Virus record (IMG/VR): IMGVR_UViG_3300021197_000608
Reading direction: 5' to 3' (one strand)
Length of the DNA stretch: 64,000 nt
From: an uncultured virus (IMG/VR IMGVR_UViG_3300021197_000608)
Taxonomy: Duplodnaviria > Heunggongvirae > Uroviricota > Caudoviricetes
The notes beneath the pieces were generated by a model. That model saw only the letters and a list, made by a program, of their open reading frames with translations, had not been told where the DNA came from and did no database searches. Below, piece after piece: positions 18,143 through 26,874 of this stretch. The position numbers and the translations under genes were made by a program. Numbering within the stretch: the first letter of the stretch is position 1; every line of letters begins with the position of its first letter.

Positions 18143-19614
18143 TTAAGTTTAATCCTTTTAATTTCATAATCAAATTGTTCCTCATTGTATATATTTATGC
18201 GTTCCATAAAGTGATTCAGGGTAAAGTTCCGTTTTGACTTATATGTGATATCATCGGCAATGTCATAGAGGACAGCAGAATCTTTACTTTCACTCCTACG
18301 CAAGCCACGTCCAATACTTTGCAAGGTACGAATTCTGGACTTACTTGGACTTGAGAACACGATTGTGTGAAGATTACGAATATTAATACCAGTAGAGAAC
18401 GTACCATAAGATGCAACAATAATTGCATTCTTTTCTTTTTCTGTGATTTCACGAATTTGTTCTCTAGTCTGTGTATCAGTGCCTCCATATACATAAAACA
18501 CTTGTCTGTCTGTATTGGATTTGATTAAGTCATAAAGAACACTACCATGTTTCTCTACGAATTGGAAAAGAACTAATGTATTATTATTCAGACTTAATGT
18601 CAAGTCTTTAATGAAATTATTTCTCTTTTCGTGTGTTACAATATAATCAATCTCATCTTGATAATTCATATCTTTTACAAGCTTGCATTCCTGTTCTGGA
18701 TATGTTAATACAAGAGAACGTATCTTAAATGAAGATAAAGTTTTATCGTCAATCAACTTCTTTGTTGAAACAACTTTATTTAACCCACCAAATAACCCTT
18801 CCAGAACTAATCTGTGGGTTTGCATACCATCAAGTGTACCTGTAAGTCCAAAACGATATTTGCATAGATGTAATTTAGTTAGAATAGATGTAAGAGATTT
18901 TGCTTTAAATAGATGAGCTTCATCACCTACGACACAACCAAATTGTTCAAAGTATTTCTTGGGCATTTTATACAAAGACTGCCATGTAGATATCACAACT
19001 TTCTTTGATACTTCTCTATCATGTCCACTGTAGACTTTTTGTATATACGCTTCTTGCCATCCATAGTCAATAAAATCAGAAGTCATCTGTTCAACCAAAG
19101 ATGTTGTAGGAACAAGTATTAGTATTTTATCATTTTGATGTTCTCTGAGAAGTAATTCGTAATATCTTACTAGGATGTAAATAATAAGTGACTTGCCTGA
19201 GGCAGTAGGACTAAGGAGTAAAGCACGATGTTTTCTAATTGCGAAATCCACGGCATCAACTTGGTAGTCACGAGGTCTAATGGATTTACCTCTAGCTCTA
19301 AGATTAAGTTGTCGTATGAATCCATCCAGTATTTTTCTGTCAATTTGTTTTTCATCTTTTAGTTCCTCACTTATTTCATATGGTTCATCATAATCTATTA
19401 ACCACTTTTCTAAGTATGAAAGTAGTCCTAGATAAAGTTCTCCTGTGGCTGGAGAATACAAACGTATCTTACCATCCCAAATCCGATTGCGATATGCGGG
19501 CATAAATCTAGCGCCTGGCACTTCAAATGTAAAGAAGTCAGATAATGATCTTGCAGTAGATGGTTCTGCATTTACCTCTAGATAGACTTCATTTTTCTTT
19601 GAAACTTTAGTCAC
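18139..19614 (-). CDS. uvsW: UvsW SF2 helicase
   Basis: WDGKIRL, SPTASGKS, DEAH, TGT, QSIGRGLR. Confidence 0.97.
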   Translation of the reverse strand: MTKVSKKNEVYLEVNAEPSTARSLSDFFTFEVPGARFMPAYRNRIWDGKIRLYSPATGELYLGLLSYLEKWLIDYDEPYEISEELKDEKQIDRKILDGFIRQLNLRARGKSIRPRDYQVDAVDFAIRKHRALLLSPTASGKSLIIYILVRYYELLLREHQNDKILILVPTTSLVEQMTSDFIDYGWQEAYIQKVYSGHDREVSKKVVISTWQSLYKMPKKYFEQFGCVVGDEAHLFKAKSLTSILTKLHLCKYRFGLTGTLDGMQTHRLVLEGLFGGLNKVVSTKKLIDDKTLSSFKIRSLVLTYPEQECKLVKDMNYQDEIDYIVTHEKRNNFIKDLTLSLNNNTLVLFQFVEKHGSVLYDLIKSNTDRQVFYVYGGTDTQTREQIREITEKEKNAIIVASYGTFSTGINIRNLHTIVFSSPSKSRIRTLQSIGRGLRRSESKDSAVLYDIADDITYKSKRNFTLNHFMERINIYNEEQFDYEIKRIKLK

Positions 19615-20042
19615 TAAATCGTACCATCTACAAATTTACGCCATTCAATTGCGTTTTTAATATCCCATCCACGAGACTGAATTTGTTTCAGAATACGTTC
19701 ACAAGAATCCATGCACATTACATAGTATTCTACTTTTTGTTTTGCCTTAATTAGTTCTTCATCAGAATCCATATAGATATGTAAATCTGTTTTTAGAACT
19801 TTATGGTCAAAGGGATTGTCACGATAGACTTCTGGTGATGCTTTACCACCATAGTATTCCCACTTCTTACGTTTGAGTACATTGTATGTACCCTCATTCA
19901 TAAGTCTGAGTTGTCTAAAGTTATTGTAGATGTTTAGGTATTTTTGGTGCAGAGTTGCAGACTTGAGAGACTCATCTGAGAGTTCCAAGTCATCCATTTT
20001 TAAATCTTTTTCAGCTTGCAGCTGCAATTCATCAAGTGTCAT
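19614..20042 (-). CDS. uvsY: Recombination mediator UvsY
   Basis: LHQKYL, WEYYGGK, RGWDIKNAIEWRKF; lies between gp3 and uvsW. Confidence 0.92.
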   Translation of the reverse strand: MTLDELQLQAEKDLKMDDLELSDESLKSATLHQKYLNIYNNFRQLRLMNEGTYNVLKRKKWEYYGGKASPEVYRDNPFDHKVLKTDLHIYMDSDEELIKAKQKVEYYVMCMDSCERILKQIQSRGWDIKNAIEWRKFVDGTI

Positions 20043-20062
20043 TATATTATCATCCTATAGGC

Positions 20063-20148
20063 GAGCAGAGATTGGTTGGAACTTTCTTGTTCTATATTAT
20101 CTCTTTCAGAGATTCAACGATGGCTGTTAAAGTTCACCGTTTCTGCTC
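20063..20148. ncRNA. Candidate structured RNA or DNA element between gp3 and uvsY
   Basis: Nested inverted repeats GAGCAGA/TCTGCTC, GGT/ACC, GAACTTT/AAAGTTC and ATCTCT/AGAGAT. Confidence 0.5.
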
Positions 20149-20153
20149 AGTTA

Positions 20154-20161
20154 TATTTATA
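20154..20161 (-). promoter_or_regulatory. Late promoter TATAAATA overlapping the gp3 stop
   Basis: Exact consensus. Confidence 0.75.
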
Positions 20162-20723
20162 AAGTTTCAAATTCGTACAAGTCGTAATTCATAGTTACAG
20201 ATGCAGTCAATTGGTTTGAGTCAGCAGTCTGTGAATCATAATCTAAACCAGATAGTGATGTTGGATATAACGCACTATAGTTTACATTAATCAATGGGTT
20301 ATTCTTATTAGACAGAATGGTAAGAGTTCCATCTGAAACAAGAGCAGATGGATTTACTGTGGGGTTTTGTGATGCTGCGCCTGGCTTTGTTTGTTCAGCG
20401 GCAATTGCACTTGCAAATTGTTCTGGATCTTTTGGAAAACCAATACCTGTCATCCAATCATGTATTTCACGATAATTAGATAAATCTTCACTTACTAGAA
20501 AAGTAAGTTCCATAGGACTGTATTCCAAAGTATCCCCCATGAAAGGCATGGCCTTGTATCTACTATTCATAATAGCATCACCAGAAAATGCAATGCCTGG
20601 AATGTTAACTCTAGTTACAAAGTAAATTGTATTAGGGATTTTTAAAAGACCAAACCTAAACTGACTAGGACTTGCAAAGTCTAGTGTTTCTGGTTGTCTC
20701 ATTAGTGGATTAAATTCTACCAT
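20157..20723 (-). CDS. g3: Tail tube terminator / tail completion protein (gp3)
   Basis: F.SP..F.F, NIPGI, FLVSEDLSNYREIHDWM, SDGTLTIL, YPTSLSGL; follows gp23. Confidence 0.88.
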   Translation of the reverse strand: MVEFNPLMRQPETLDFASPSQFRFGLLKIPNTIYFVTRVNIPGIAFSGDAIMNSRYKAMPFMGDTLEYSPMELTFLVSEDLSNYREIHDWMTGIGFPKDPEQFASAIAAEQTKPGAASQNPTVNPSALVSDGTLTILSNKNNPLINVNYSALYPTSLSGLDYDSQTADSNQLTASVTMNYDLYEFETL

Positions 20724-20741
20724 TTTGTTCTTCCTTTATAG

Positions 20742-20749
20742 TATTTATA
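20742..20749 (-). promoter_or_regulatory. Late promoter TATAAATA for gp3
   Basis: Exact consensus just after the gp23 terminator. Confidence 0.85.
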
Positions 20750-20752
20750 AAG

Positions 20753-20780
20753 AAAAAAGGGGAAGCAAAATGCCTCCCCT
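20753..20780 (-). terminator. Intrinsic terminator after gp23
   Basis: AGGGGAGGCA-TTT-TGCTTCCCC followed by TTTTTT. Confidence 0.9.
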
Positions 20781-20808
20781 AAGTTTTGGTTGTTTAACAC
20801 AACTCGTA

Positions 20809-22125
20809 TTACATGATGTTTGTAACTTGTACTCTTCTGTAATATACGTTTGCGTTTGCAGTCATAGCACCACCACCAGCGGTAGCACCTTCTGCGAATG
20901 GGTTTGCAGTAAGACCATAACGTGTCTTGAAACCGATTTTTGGTTGGAAAGTGTTTTCACCAACCGCACGAACCATCTGTAGTGGAACGTATGGACAGTA
21001 GAAAATACCAGCATCGTAAGGTGAAGTACCTTTGTACCCAGCAACGTAGAACTGCTTTGCAGCTGAATTTGCTGAATATGGATCGATGTACACTTTGTAA
21101 CGTCCGTTAAGAACACCAGCAAATGTGTTTCCAGAGTCATCAACACTCAAGTTGTTGTTGAGGGCAGGAGTATAATCAAGTACACCAGCCATCTGTAGTG
21201 CAGAAGCAACGTCTGAAGAACAGATAATCATGTTACCTTTTCCTCTACGAGTTTCTTGAGCAATTGCGTTTGCATCTCTCTCAAGTTGGAACATAAGTCC
21301 TTTGAACTTCTCGACACTCCAACGTCCGTTTGAGTCAACGTCCATGTCGAAGATACCAGCGTTTGCAGTATCAGTTGCAGCACCCTTTTTTGAAGTAATG
21401 TAGATAGTTCTGATTACTTCTCTGTTGATCTCAGCGAGGATTTCAGCAGAAAGGATATTTGCAAGTTCTGTCTCTGCGTCAAGACCGTGAATTGCCTTCA
21501 AGTCTTGTGCAAGTTCCATTGTGTATTCTGCTTTCAATGCTCTTGATTTTGCAGTAACGGTTTGTTTCTCGATTGAGAACGCCATTTCTGCGAAAGAGTT
21601 TGCAGCAGAGTCACCCAAAGCTTCAGCAGTTGCTGTTGCCATTGCTGGATCAGCAGTATATGCACCAGCAGGGCCATCGTTAAGAACCGCTGGGTTTGTT
21701 TCACCAGCAGATGATGTACCAGCAGAGCCTGGGATGTTAGCACGAGTGTCACCACCTGAAAATGCAGAATCAGCTTCGTTGTAGAATGCCTCATCACCAT
21801 TTTGTGCTTTGAAACGTGAACGCATTGCAAAGATAAGTCCTGTTGGGCCTGTCATTGGTTGTACGCCTGCAACGTCATATGCGATAAGATTTGGCATAGA
21901 ACGTCTTACGAGTGAGATCATGATCGGATCCCAATTTGTAGCACCGCCTGCTACGTTAGTTGGAGCAGCTTCTGAAAGGAACGCACTGTCCTCACGAAGA
22001 GCTTTTTCTTGGTTTTCTAGGATAACTGTGGTTACAGCTTTACGATAAGAGTCTTTAATCTCTGGGAGATCATTGTGCTCTAGCACTGGCTGCCACTTTT
22101 CCTGTAAATGTTCAGTTTGAAACAT
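20809..22125 (-). CDS. g23: Major capsid protein (gp23)
   Basis: LQEKWQPVL, GVQPMTGPTGLIFAMR, ELAQDLKAIHGLDAE, FQPKIGFKTRYG. Confidence 0.99.
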   Translation of the reverse strand: MFQTEHLQEKWQPVLEHNDLPEIKDSYRKAVTTVILENQEKALREDSAFLSEAAPTNVAGGATNWDPIMISLVRRSMPNLIAYDVAGVQPMTGPTGLIFAMRSRFKAQNGDEAFYNEADSAFSGGDTRANIPGSAGTSSAGETNPAVLNDGPAGAYTADPAMATATAEALGDSAANSFAEMAFSIEKQTVTAKSRALKAEYTMELAQDLKAIHGLDAETELANILSAEILAEINREVIRTIYITSKKGAATDTANAGIFDMDVDSNGRWSVEKFKGLMFQLERDANAIAQETRRGKGNMIICSSDVASALQMAGVLDYTPALNNNLSVDDSGNTFAGVLNGRYKVYIDPYSANSAAKQFYVAGYKGTSPYDAGIFYCPYVPLQMVRAVGENTFQPKIGFKTRYGLTANPFAEGATAGGGAMTANANVYYRRVQVTNIM

Positions 22126-22156
22126 TTGTTTTTCTCCTTATTGAGTTTTCTAATAA

Positions 22157-22164
22157 TATTTATA
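22157..22164 (-). promoter_or_regulatory. Late promoter TATAAATA for gp23
   Basis: Exact consensus, intergenic. Confidence 0.88.
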
Positions 22165-22170
22165 AAAACC

Positions 22171-23388
22171 TTAGTTTTTAGCTCGCTTTACATTATTGCT
22201 AATGGCATTCATGTAAGCGGCCATTGCACCAGTTGTATCGTAAGATTCAGAACCATCAGATTCAGAGTCTACAGATTCAGCGATAGTGGATGCCTTAGGA
22301 AAATAACTTTCCTTTAGCTGGTCGAGTTTTGCTTTGAATGATTCTTCATCACTGAACTCTACTTCTTCTGCAAGAGATTTGAACTTTTCGACTTCAGTGT
22401 CGGCAAGGTCAGAAGCTACCTCTGCAAAAACAGACTCACGAACTAGAACGTCATGTGACTTTTTCAACTCAGCACTCTTTTCAATTTGTTCGTTAAGTTT
22501 TGCTTCTAGTTCATCAATCTTCTCAGACTGTTGACCTAAAATATCATACTTTTCATCTGGAACGTCAACATAATGTTCTGCGAACAAGTCTTTCAATCCA
22601 GAAATAAAGTCTTCTGCGATTTCGCCTTTGAGTCCACGCTCAATTGCGATTTCGTTTTCTTTCATCCACTCTTCTACAACGTAGTTCATATAGTTGTCAA
22701 CTTTTTCAGTCAACTCATCACGCACTGTGTTGATTTCTTCAGCGACTTCTTGAACCTTTGCAGATTCAATTCTTTCGACTTCAGAACGGAGTTTAGATTT
22801 AACAGCAGCTTCAAATATTGTAGCAGCTTTTTCTTTGAATTCTTCAGTAATTTCTTCACCTTCAACAAGTGCAGAAACGTCTTCAGATACATCTACTGAT
22901 GCAAGACGGTCATCAAGAGTAGATTCGTCAACTTTCACTGACTCTTCTTCTTCTTCCTTACCCATCATTTCCATTTTGTTGTACATAGCCTTGAGTTCTT
23001 GAGATTTCATGCCTTCCATTTTTTTCATCATTTCAGACTTCATCATCTCTTTAGTCATGGCCTTTTCCTCTAGAGCTTCACCGTCATGTTCAATTTCGGT
23101 TTCTGCAGCAAGAGGTTCTTTAATTTTAGTTGGTGTGTCATCGCCACCAGCATCTTTTGCACCCTTAGTTGGAGCAGAAGAATCCTTTTTAGTTGCTTTC
23201 GCAGCATCTGGGCCCTTCTTCTCGTCTGGGGAAACAACAGCTTTGCCTAGGTCTTGGACTTCACCCTCTACTTTTTCCATTGAATCACCTTTGTCGGCAC
23301 CTTTTTTAGGCATATCCTGAGAAGCTTCTTCAAGCTCCTTTTGGACTTCCGCTTCAAGTTCCTCAATTGTCTTGTCTAGTTCTGACAT
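22171..23388 (-). CDS. g22: Prohead core scaffold protein (gp22)
   Basis: Acidic coiled coil with EEFKEKAATIFEAAV, YVVEEWM.EN, LKESYF. Confidence 0.93.
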   Translation of the reverse strand: MSELDKTIEELEAEVQKELEEASQDMPKKGADKGDSMEKVEGEVQDLGKAVVSPDEKKGPDAAKATKKDSSAPTKGAKDAGGDDTPTKIKEPLAAETEIEHDGEALEEKAMTKEMMKSEMMKKMEGMKSQELKAMYNKMEMMGKEEEEESVKVDESTLDDRLASVDVSEDVSALVEGEEITEEFKEKAATIFEAAVKSKLRSEVERIESAKVQEVAEEINTVRDELTEKVDNYMNYVVEEWMKENEIAIERGLKGEIAEDFISGLKDLFAEHYVDVPDEKYDILGQQSEKIDELEAKLNEQIEKSAELKKSHDVLVRESVFAEVASDLADTEVEKFKSLAEEVEFSDEESFKAKLDQLKESYFPKASTIAESVDSESDGSESYDTTGAMAAYMNAISNNVKRAKN

Positions 23389-23424
23389 TGGGATTTTCTC
23401 CTTGAGTTTTTTGTTATCTCAACA

Positions 23425-23432
23425 TATTTATA
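23425..23432 (-). promoter_or_regulatory. Late promoter TATAAATA for gp22
   Basis: Exact consensus, intergenic. Confidence 0.85.
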
Positions 23433-23436
23433 ATGA

Positions 23437-24084
23437 TTAAAGTTTTGACATAAATTTTGCGAAGGCAAGTGCGGAAACATTTGACTGTTTCTTTCTTACA
23501 CCTTCATTTATATCATTTTTGATTCCAGCAATCTCGACTTCTTTGAGAATGCCATTATCCCACACCCATTCTTTTCCTTCCATAATACCTTCAACGAAGG
23601 CTTGAGGAGCAGAAGGGTCTGCAACGATGTCTGCCGCAGTTGCGAGATAGAAATCGTCTTTCACATAGTTAGCACCACCTTTAGATTCTAGTGAACCCAT
23701 GCCTCTTGAAGAGACACCAAGTTTACCACCATCCTTGATTAGTGCTTTCGCAATTTCCCCCATAGGAGTAGACAACAATTTTGCCTCACCAACGAAGTTC
23801 TTTCCATCAGCTTCAAGTTTTGTGATCATGTGCGAAACTCTGTCAAGATTGACAGTTGGGCCTTCTGGATGTCCAAGTTCCCCAAACGCACGACCTTCAG
23901 CAACAAATTCTTTATTATAACGAGCGACTTCTTTATTAAGTACACTCATTGGATAGACACGACCATTTCTATTCTTTTGGTCTGCCTGCATAAAGATTCC
24001 ACGAATCTTCATATCTTTACCACCGTCCTCTTTGGCTTCGGTGATGTATTCTACTTCTTGTATCTGTTCTGCAATTAGTTTCAT
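23437..24084 (-). CDS. g21: Prohead protease (gp21)
   Basis: NRNGRVYP, GELGHP, GVSSRGMGS, DIVADPSAP. Confidence 0.97.
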   Translation of the reverse strand: MKLIAEQIQEVEYITEAKEDGGKDMKIRGIFMQADQKNRNGRVYPMSVLNKEVARYNKEFVAEGRAFGELGHPEGPTVNLDRVSHMITKLEADGKNFVGEAKLLSTPMGEIAKALIKDGGKLGVSSRGMGSLESKGGANYVKDDFYLATAADIVADPSAPQAFVEGIMEGKEWVWDNGILKEVEIAGIKNDINEGVRKKQSNVSALAFAKFMSKL

Positions 24085-24085
24085 G

Positions 24086-24334
24086 TTAGAACCCCGCCGC
24101 TACTACTGGTGTACCTTTGATAGTGGATGCTCCACGCAATCCTTCTCCAGTACCAAGTGTTATTACCATGCCGGCGCCTGCGCCTACACGAATACTACCT
24201 AAATCGGCATTATCTGCAGCGTTCCGAACTGTAACCAATCCAGCAGAACCAGTATTGAAAACCCACGCCGCACCAGTATCATTTAACTTAGTCGTTCCTG
24301 TTGCGAGTGCTACTTCTGGGCCACGAACTCTCAT
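24086..24334 (-). CDS. Small hypothetical protein in the head cluster
   Basis: ORF with AGGAG RBS filling the gap before gp21. Confidence 0.65.
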   Translation of the reverse strand: MRVRGPEVALATGTTKLNDTGAAWVFNTGSAGLVTVRNAADNADLGSIRVGAGAGMVITLGTGEGLRGASTIKGTPVVAAGF

Positions 24335-24343
24335 GTTCTTCTC

Positions 24344-24592
24344 CTAAATTGACAATAGTTCATTTTCAAAATAGTCCATAAGTTTCTTTGGCGGAACTTT
24401 AAACTTCTTTGAAACACTATTTATTGTTTTATCAAAAGTATTTAGGAAATCTGAGGGTTTAGACTCCATTTCCTTAAAAATAGCATCAACAGCATCTTTC
24501 ATCTTAGGGGATAGTTTTTTATATTCCTTAGACTTTGTATGCTCATCCTTTTCTGGTAATTCCTGTTGGAATTGGGAAATGGTTTTACTCAC
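24344..24592 (-). CDS. Probable prohead core protein (gp68 position)
   Basis: Small charged protein between gp67 and gp21; N-terminus MSKTISQFQQE resembles T4 capsid-targeting sequences. Confidence 0.55.
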   Translation of the reverse strand: MSKTISQFQQELPEKDEHTKSKEYKKLSPKMKDAVDAIFKEMESKPSDFLNTFDKTINSVSKKFKVPPKKLMDYFENELLSI

Positions 24593-24767
24593 TATCTTCT
24601 TCTACCTCTGGAATGTGTTGCGTCACAAATGTTTTCGCAACGTCTTTTCTTTTTGTTTCCAAAGCATCACCAACTTTAGCTGCAAGTGCAGCATTAAATT
24701 GTGTTTCTGCTGAGAGATTGTCTCCATCTCCAATTGAGTCAACAAAATCTCTTACATTATTTTCCAT
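24585..24767 (-). CDS. g67: Prohead core protein (gp67-like)
   Basis: Small acidic protein coupled to the gp20 stop; A...FNAALAAKV.DALE.KR pattern. Confidence 0.7.
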   Translation of the reverse strand: MENNVRDFVDSIGDGDNLSAETQFNAALAAKVGDALETKRKDVAKTFVTQHIPEVEEDSE

Positions 24768-26293
24768 TATTTATCTCCTTTTGAGGGATCGTTGTGAGCA
24801 AACATACCATCATCTTCTGGCGCACCCATTTCACCACCCTCTTCATCTTTTATTTGATCTTCAATTTCTTCAATCTCATGTTCAGTCATTCTTAGTATAT
24901 TCTTTCGTACATACTCTTTAGAAAAATATGTTCCAACATAAGACTCAATCTGTCCTAACATATCCAAACGATTTTGTAGAAGTTCTGCATTCTTGAGTTC
25001 AGTGAAGTGTCCATCTGCAAGGAAGTCGAACTGAATATGTTCCTTCATTGTATCCCATTCTTCTACTGCGATTACACCCTTCAATACTAATTGTGTTTTC
25101 AACATGTCTGAGAAAAGAATAGCAAACTTCTTACGAAGTCTTTGTACAAACTTTGTAAATTTTAGTTCATCTCTTGTAATGTTATCAGAACGTCCTATAG
25201 AAAATCCTGATTCTTCTGCAAGTCTTGATACAGGTACATTGAGTGAACGATATAGTTTTTTCTGGAAGTACTGAATGTCATCAATCTCACCAAGGTTTGA
25301 ACCGCCAGGCAAGGTTGTGATTTCTGTTCCTCTACCGCCTTCTCTACGAGGTAGCCAGAAATCTTCTAACATTGACATATGATTTCTATCGTCACGGATT
25401 TCACCAGTTCGTGCATCATACACTAACTTGTTACGATAACGATTCATCACATCCTTTAAGTATGCTTCTGCCTTCATTTTAGGCAAGTTACCAACATCAA
25501 TATAGAAAATACGTCTTTCAGGCGCACGAGAAATACGATAGATAACCAACGCATCTTCAATCATACGCAACTGATTGACAGGTTTAATAGCTTTGTTTAA
25601 ATGAGAAAGGACTGTTCCTTTATGCATATCCACCAAACCAGATGGACAATAAGAAATTGCATCAGCAGTAATCTTTACACCAGTAGATGTTCCTGTGTTT
25701 TGATCAGCACCCTTTTCGTTATAGAGATAAAAATCCTCTATATTCTTTACCATATCCAAACCAGTTTTTGGATCTTTTTCTTTTCTTTGTTCTCTGACCT
25801 TCTTAATCTTGCGAGGGTCAATAAATCTTACTTCCTTAATTCCTTTGCGAGGCCTTTTCGTATCAATAATTTTATGATAATATACTCTACCATCAACATA
25901 CCATCTTCTAAAAATGTCATGTCCTTTTGCATTGAAATCAAGCAAACGCAAAACTTCATCAAACTCATCTCTAATTTTAGATTTGATGTTTGGTGAAAGT
26001 TTTAAATTGTCTAGAGAAATTGCTACAGATTGATCTCTTTCATCAGAGACAATCGCTTCATTTACAATATCTTCAATTGCACTATCACATTCTGCTTGTT
26101 GTGCAATATCACGATATCTACGAATTAAGTCTAGTTCATTTTTGTCACGGCCGTCCATATCAAGGATGGATGCATAATGCCCACCACCTGATACAATATC
26201 CATTGTACCGTCATCAGTAGAAGGAGCAGTGAAACCATCACTACCCCCACTCTGATTCGCCCTTGTGATTCTGAAACCAAATAGTTCCGCCAT
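24767..26293 (-). CDS. g20: Portal protein (gp20)
   Basis: FRRWYVDGR, YRISRAPERRIFYIDVGNLPK, EDFWLPRREGGRGTEITTLPGG. Confidence 0.99.
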   Translation of the reverse strand: MAELFGFRITRANQSGGSDGFTAPSTDDGTMDIVSGGGHYASILDMDGRDKNELDLIRRYRDIAQQAECDSAIEDIVNEAIVSDERDQSVAISLDNLKLSPNIKSKIRDEFDEVLRLLDFNAKGHDIFRRWYVDGRVYYHKIIDTKRPRKGIKEVRFIDPRKIKKVREQRKEKDPKTGLDMVKNIEDFYLYNEKGADQNTGTSTGVKITADAISYCPSGLVDMHKGTVLSHLNKAIKPVNQLRMIEDALVIYRISRAPERRIFYIDVGNLPKMKAEAYLKDVMNRYRNKLVYDARTGEIRDDRNHMSMLEDFWLPRREGGRGTEITTLPGGSNLGEIDDIQYFQKKLYRSLNVPVSRLAEESGFSIGRSDNITRDELKFTKFVQRLRKKFAILFSDMLKTQLVLKGVIAVEEWDTMKEHIQFDFLADGHFTELKNAELLQNRLDMLGQIESYVGTYFSKEYVRKNILRMTEHEIEEIEDQIKDEEGGEMGAPEDDGMFAHNDPSKGDK

Positions 26294-26320
26294 ACTATAG
26301 TTCTCCTAATTTTACCCAAC

Positions 26321-26328
26321 TATTTAGT
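26321..26328 (-). promoter_or_regulatory. Late promoter variant ACTAAATA for gp20
   Basis: Intergenic TAAATA core; the same octamer recurs at 49125, 50445 and 53104. Confidence 0.7.
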
Positions 26329-26345
26329 CGGTTTGTAAAACTAGA

Positions 26346-26870
26346 TTATACGTTACTAGCGGAGAAACTTGTGTATCTCCAAGTTACATCAAATGATTCA
26401 ATATCACTTACAGTGTCATATGACAATTCGATTGGTGCAACTACAGTTGGCCAACAGTTTTTAAGAGTGTATTGTTTTAAAATTCTGTCATCCCTATCTA
26501 ACTGTTGTACAGTCAACTGTGAAGAATAATCTGAAACACTTACGAGTCCAGTGTTTTCTTCAAGGTCATTGATACCATTCATCCAACGCTCAATTGCATT
26601 ACGAACCATGAAATCAGTATCATTGATAACTGTTGTTGTCCAAGTTTCAAAAGTTCTGTCACCAGCGAGGAACAATTGGCGTCCTCTAAAGTTAACAGTT
26701 ACTTCTGGAATTGTCTGGCCAGGCAACGAAGTCGCCTTAACCAAATATTGTGTTCTTACGGTGTCCAAACCTGTTGCAATTCCTGATGGTGTGGACATGA
26801 TAACCCTATATTGGTTAGCCCTTGCACCACCGCCGATAAGGTTTGATTTAAAATCGTCAATACTAGCCAT
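26346..26870 (-). CDS. g19: Tail tube protein (gp19)
   Basis: GGGARANQY, FRGR.L..AGDRTFE.W, QLDR, WPT; follows gp18. Confidence 0.95.
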   Translation of the reverse strand: MASIDDFKSNLIGGGARANQYRVIMSTPSGIATGLDTVRTQYLVKATSLPGQTIPEVTVNFRGRQLFLAGDRTFETWTTTVINDTDFMVRNAIERWMNGINDLEENTGLVSVSDYSSQLTVQQLDRDDRILKQYTLKNCWPTVVAPIELSYDTVSDIESFDVTWRYTSFSASNV

Positions 26871-26874
26871 TTAA

